Origin: an uncultured archaeon | GTDB taxonomy: Archaea > Asgardarchaeota > Hermodarchaeia > Hermodarchaeales > Hermodarchaeaceae | Direction of reading: 5' to 3' | Assembly: GCA_964347045.1 (NCBI GenBank) | Contig: CAYFXC010000005.1 | Coordinates: forward strand, 27,227 to 91,226 | DNA length: 64,000 nucleotides | In this document: piece after piece, positions 60,719 through 64,000 of the stretch | How the letters are laid out: each line of letters opens with the position of its first letter | Numbering within the stretch: position 1 is the stretch's first letter | Made by a program: the position numbers and the translations under genes | The notes under the pieces: model-generated | Told to the model about the DNA's origin: nothing | Databases searched by the model: none | The model's input: only the letters and a program-made list of their open reading frames with translations

Positions 60719-60908
60719 TTCTTTGGTTCTCTGAACTATTATACATAATTTAGATACATAAATTAACCTGTTTTGGGTTAACTCTTCAAATGTAATATAA
60801 ATTTTGTAAAATGAAATTCCGTTTCATCCAAAATTTGGTTAGCAAAACCAATAGTTACTTAATATCCTGTTGGCATTTTGCCATATCTTTCATTGGAGGA
60901 ATTTTCTT

Positions 60909-61455
60909 AATGGTTAAAGATATGACAGAAGCCAATTTGCGCAGTGCATATGCTGGTGAAAGTCAAGCGCATATGCGATACCTCATTTACATGGATATGG
61001 CAAATAAGGAAGGCTTTCCGAATGTTGCGCGTCTTTTCCATGCTGCTGCTTATGCCGAACGGGTTCATGCAAAAACCCATTTCAAGCATATCAAGACGAA
61101 AGGTGACTTCCAAACCGTCGGTGGTGCTATCTTCGGTACAGAAAACACTTCTGAAGCCCTTCAAGCAGGAATTGATGGAGAAAGTTTTGAAATCGAAGAA
61201 ATGTATCCCGCTTATCGTACAGTTGCACAAGCCCAGGGTGAAAAGGGTGCCGATACAAGTTTCTACTGGGCAATGGAAGCCGAAAAGAACCACCTGCGTC
61301 TTTATGAGAAAGCGAAGAAAGCCGTCGATGCCGGAAAGGACGCAGATTTCAACGATATTCAAGTATGTCCTGTTTGTGGTCACACAGTAGAGGGTGCAGC
61401 ACCAGACTCTTGCCCTATATGTAAAACACCAGGATCGAAGTTTAAAACCTTCTAG
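60909..61455 (+). CDS. rbr: Rubrerythrin
   Basis: AYAGESQAHMRY, AERVHA, ESFE...MYP, AEKNH; C-terminal CPVCG...CPIC; GGAGG SD before ATG 60909. Confidence 0.93.
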
Positions 61456-61581
61456 CTGTTTTATGTTTTTAGCTATAACCTGTTTTTACAGGTTTGGCTT
61501 CTCTCCATCTTTATTTAATGTCCTACTAATTTTTAGCCATTAACCACTAGAAATTAGTTCCTCTTTGGAGGTTAGTTTAAG

Positions 61582-62496
61582 GTGGTGTTCTTTGATCCTG
61601 GCATTATCATCTTTCTTCAGACAATATTTCCATATGCAGTTTGGGAGTTATTGAATCTTTTTGGTGAACCGATTTTCTATGTGATTGTACTCGGTACCTC
61701 CTATTGGTGTCTGAACAAACGGGAAGGAAAAATAGCGATAATATTGGTAATGTTTTCTAATTTCATCAATATCATACTGAAATATGCATTCAAAATACCA
61801 CGCCCTCCAACAGAACTTCGTCAAAATCCTGAATACGCCGCAGATCAATCCTATGGATTTCCGAGTGGTGCGACACAAACGGCTACAACATTCTGGGGAT
61901 GGGTTATGCTACGTCTGCGCCGATGGTGGATCGTGACGGTAGGAGTTATGATCATTATTATCACAGCACTTGCTCGCATGGGTCTAGGAATGCACTATTC
62001 AGGTGATGTAATTGGTGGGATAATATTTGGAGTCATTCTCGTTACTTGGGCATTTTTTTTAGTACCATATTTTGAGCCACGCTGGAAGCGTATCCCTGAA
62101 TATCTCCAAAATTGGTTACTACCTAGCATAGCGCTGATATTCTTTCTCATTTATTTCACGGCCTATGCAACTGGGCTACCCTACTTCCCATCAGAGAATA
62201 TTGCTCTTTCAATGGGCATCGTTTTTGGTTTCTGTACCGGACTTATACCAGAAAAGCGTTATGTGGATTTCAGTACAAAAGTTTCAAGAAATACAAAAAT
62301 TATACGAGCAATTTTAGGTGTTTTTGTTGCCTTTATCATCTACTTTGCATTGACTGCGGGATTCTCACTCATTCCCGGTCTTCCGCTCCTTGACTATACA
62401 GCACGATTTATCCGGTATATTATTGTCGGCTTCTTTGGAGCCTTTATCATTCCCCTTATGTTTTCCTATATTGAAAAGTGGAGAGGGCTAACATAG
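61582..62496 (+). CDS. PAP2 family membrane phosphatase
   Basis: K...IPRP, FPSGA (usual His replaced), ARMGLGMHYSGDVIGG. Confidence 0.85.
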   Translation: MVFFDPGIIIFLQTIFPYAVWELLNLFGEPIFYVIVLGTSYWCLNKREGKIAIILVMFSNFINIILKYAFKIPRPPTELRQNPEYAADQSYGFPSGATQTATTFWGWVMLRLRRWWIVTVGVMIIIITALARMGLGMHYSGDVIGGIIFGVILVTWAFFLVPYFEPRWKRIPEYLQNWLLPSIALIFFLIYFTAYATGLPYFPSENIALSMGIVFGFCTGLIPEKRYVDFSTKVSRNTKIIRAILGVFVAFIIYFALTAGFSLIPGLPLLDYTARFIRYIIVGFFGAFIIPLMFSYIEKWRGLT

Positions 62497-62550
62497 CTGG
62501 CTTGAAAAATGAATTATGTCTATCAAGAGAAATAATTTGATGGTGTTGGG

Positions 62551-63084
62551 TTACCGCGCTTTAATACCTATGTTAAACACAATTTCCCCAAACATTTCTT
62601 GTTTGGCTTGGCAAATTGGGCACTTAAGGGGTGCTTCTTCCCGGAACGCAACGTAGCCACAAATTTTGCAGTAATAGAGTTTACGGTTGGTATCCGATGT
62701 TTCAGCAGTTTCTGAACTGGTCGATATGGATTTCGTAGTTTTTCCCATGGCTTGATCAACTTTAGCCTGGGGACGTCTTTCAGGAATTGGTTCCATGGGT
62801 TTGATTCCATCAAAGACATCTTTGTTGACATACAGGGCACAATAACATTGCCCAAACTCCTCAATATCTGCGTCACGATAATCACAAGGACAGATAATAT
62901 CTCGGTCCCATTCAAAATTCCCTGAAGCTAGTCGGCAGGGGCAAGCCCCGTATCCATACCTTTCTTCGTTTTCCTTTAGTCCTTCAAAGAGGTTTTGGAG
63001 AAACTCGGGGTCAGGAGTTAAGAAATAGCCATGTGACTTCGCATTGGCTTCACAACGACGTTTTATATTTTCAATACTGGTCAT
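62551..63084 (-). CDS. Ferredoxin:thioredoxin/disulfide reductase catalytic subunit with C-terminal rubredoxin
   Basis: CPC, CPC and CYC motifs; CKICG...CPIC. Confidence 0.9.
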   Translation of the reverse strand: MTSIENIKRRCEANAKSHGYFLTPDPEFLQNLFEGLKENEERYGYGACPCRLASGNFEWDRDIICPCDYRDADIEEFGQCYCALYVNKDVFDGIKPMEPIPERRPQAKVDQAMGKTTKSISTSSETAETSDTNRKLYYCKICGYVAFREEAPLKCPICQAKQEMFGEIVFNIGIKAR

Positions 63085-63365
63085 AATCCCAACGCCTTAG
63101 TCAGTTCGTCCTTCTTGAAGCCTGTGATTATCGTCTTATCATCAATGATTATGGTTGGAAAGGCAATACGGCCTCCCCGGTTTCTAATGTCCTGGTTGAC
63201 AATTTCCTTATCAGCATGATCTTGTTTGTCGACATCGATATATTCGTATTCTACGCTATTGTCTCTAAGAAAGGCTTTGGTCATTTTACACCAGCCGCAC
63301 GTGCTCAAAGCATAGAGGAGGACTTGGTGATCTTTTCGGTCACCTTGTACTTTCTTCCGTTCCAT
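63081..63365 (-). CDS. Glutaredoxin-like (NrdH-type) redoxin
   Basis: YALSTCGWCK, FPTI, GFK. Confidence 0.9.
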   Translation of the reverse strand: MERKKVQGDRKDHQVLLYALSTCGWCKMTKAFLRDNSVEYEYIDVDKQDHADKEIVNQDIRNRGGRIAFPTIIIDDKTIITGFKKDELTKALGL

Positions 63366-63528
63366 GATTATCGTCCCTCGGCACCTCCTCGTGCTTTGAC
63401 TTTAAAAGAGTTATCAACTTACGTGATATTGTTAGATCCATTTCTTACCGTTGTAACCTCGATATATTGAAAACATAGGCTCGCAATAGATAAGATGTTT
63501 GAACCTATTCTACTGAGGTGTATTCTAA

Positions 63529-64000
63529 ATGAAGTTTGAGCTCATCAGTTCACCAGGAATTGCACATAAAAGTTATTTCATGGCAGATAAGGGCGAAGCT
63601 TTTGTTGTTGATCCACGACGCGATGCCAATATATATCTTGAATTGGCAAAAGACGCCTGTGCGGATATCATCTATATATTTGAAACCCATCGCAATGAAG
63701 ATTTCGTTGTTGGTTCGCTAGAATTACAGAACCTATGCGGGGCTGAAATCGTTCACAGCCGCGAAACACCATTCAAATATGGCGAGCATGGCGTGAAAGA
63801 TGGAGATAAATTCAAAGTCAGCCGATTTCATATAGAAACGCTTCATTCTCCAGGGCACACAGACGATTCCATCTGTTTTTCCGTTACTGATCCAGCCAAT
63901 AGTAGGAAACCTTTCATGGTTTTCACTGGTGATACTTTATTCGTAGGGGATATTGGACGTACTGATCTCCCAGGGCTCGATATCTGGGAGAAAATGACCG
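63529..64000 (+). CDS. MBL-fold hydrolase (glyoxalase II/persulfide dioxygenase-like), truncated by the window edge; absent from the ORF track
   Basis: Manual translation MKFELISSPGIAHKSYF...VDPRRD...ETHRNED...SPGHT...FTGDTLFVGDIGRTDL; GAGGTG SD. Confidence 0.88.
   Translation, partial: MKFELISSPGIAHKSYFMADKGEAFVVDPRRDANIYLELAKDACADIIYIFETHRNEDFVVGSLELQNLCGAEIVHSRETPFKYGEHGVKDGDKFKVSRFHIETLHSPGHTDDSICFSVTDPANSRKPFMVFTGDTLFVGDIGRTDLPGLDIWEKMT

Overview
Archaeal chromosomal window, probably from an Asgard-group genome. This placement is inferred from the archaeal-type TrpRS, an intron-containing tRNA-Trp, GGTGA/GGAGG Shine-Dalgarno sites, TTTAAATA TATA boxes and eukaryote-like E2/RING/KITE proteins. 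The most notable locus is the first 8 kb, where two operons point away from each other across about 236 bp. The left operon (minus strand) encodes a ubiquitin-like protein ending ...EVG-L, a UBC/E2-fold enzyme with its catalytic Cys, a small SIM-like-motif protein, a RING-like Zn finger and a transglutaminase/Cys-protease-fold protein that runs off the window edge. The right operon (plus strand) encodes an Smc5/6-like SMC ATPase, a putative kleisin, an Nse1/Nse3(MAGE)-like KITE protein, a second paralogous RING-like protein and one unknown ORF. Together they look like an archaeal Smc5/6-type complex with its own Ubl-conjugation module. Two copies of an unannotated, covarying 110-121 nt structured RNA lie at 12.2 kb and 37.7 kb, and a structured, riboswitch-like leader precedes queT. 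The rest is mostly housekeeping and metabolism: an HDAC, two Eis-like acetyltransferases, glycerate kinase, a PEPCK-like enzyme, uvrBAC, leuCDB-family genes, GlcD/GlcF, a K+-independent H+-PPase, acyl-CoA enzymes, a C25 protease with an inserted FG-GAP propeller, trpS with tRNA-Trp, and a rubrerythrin/FTR/glutaredoxin cluster. No CRISPR array, rRNA or IS element was seen. All family calls come from motifs recognised by eye; no database searches were run.
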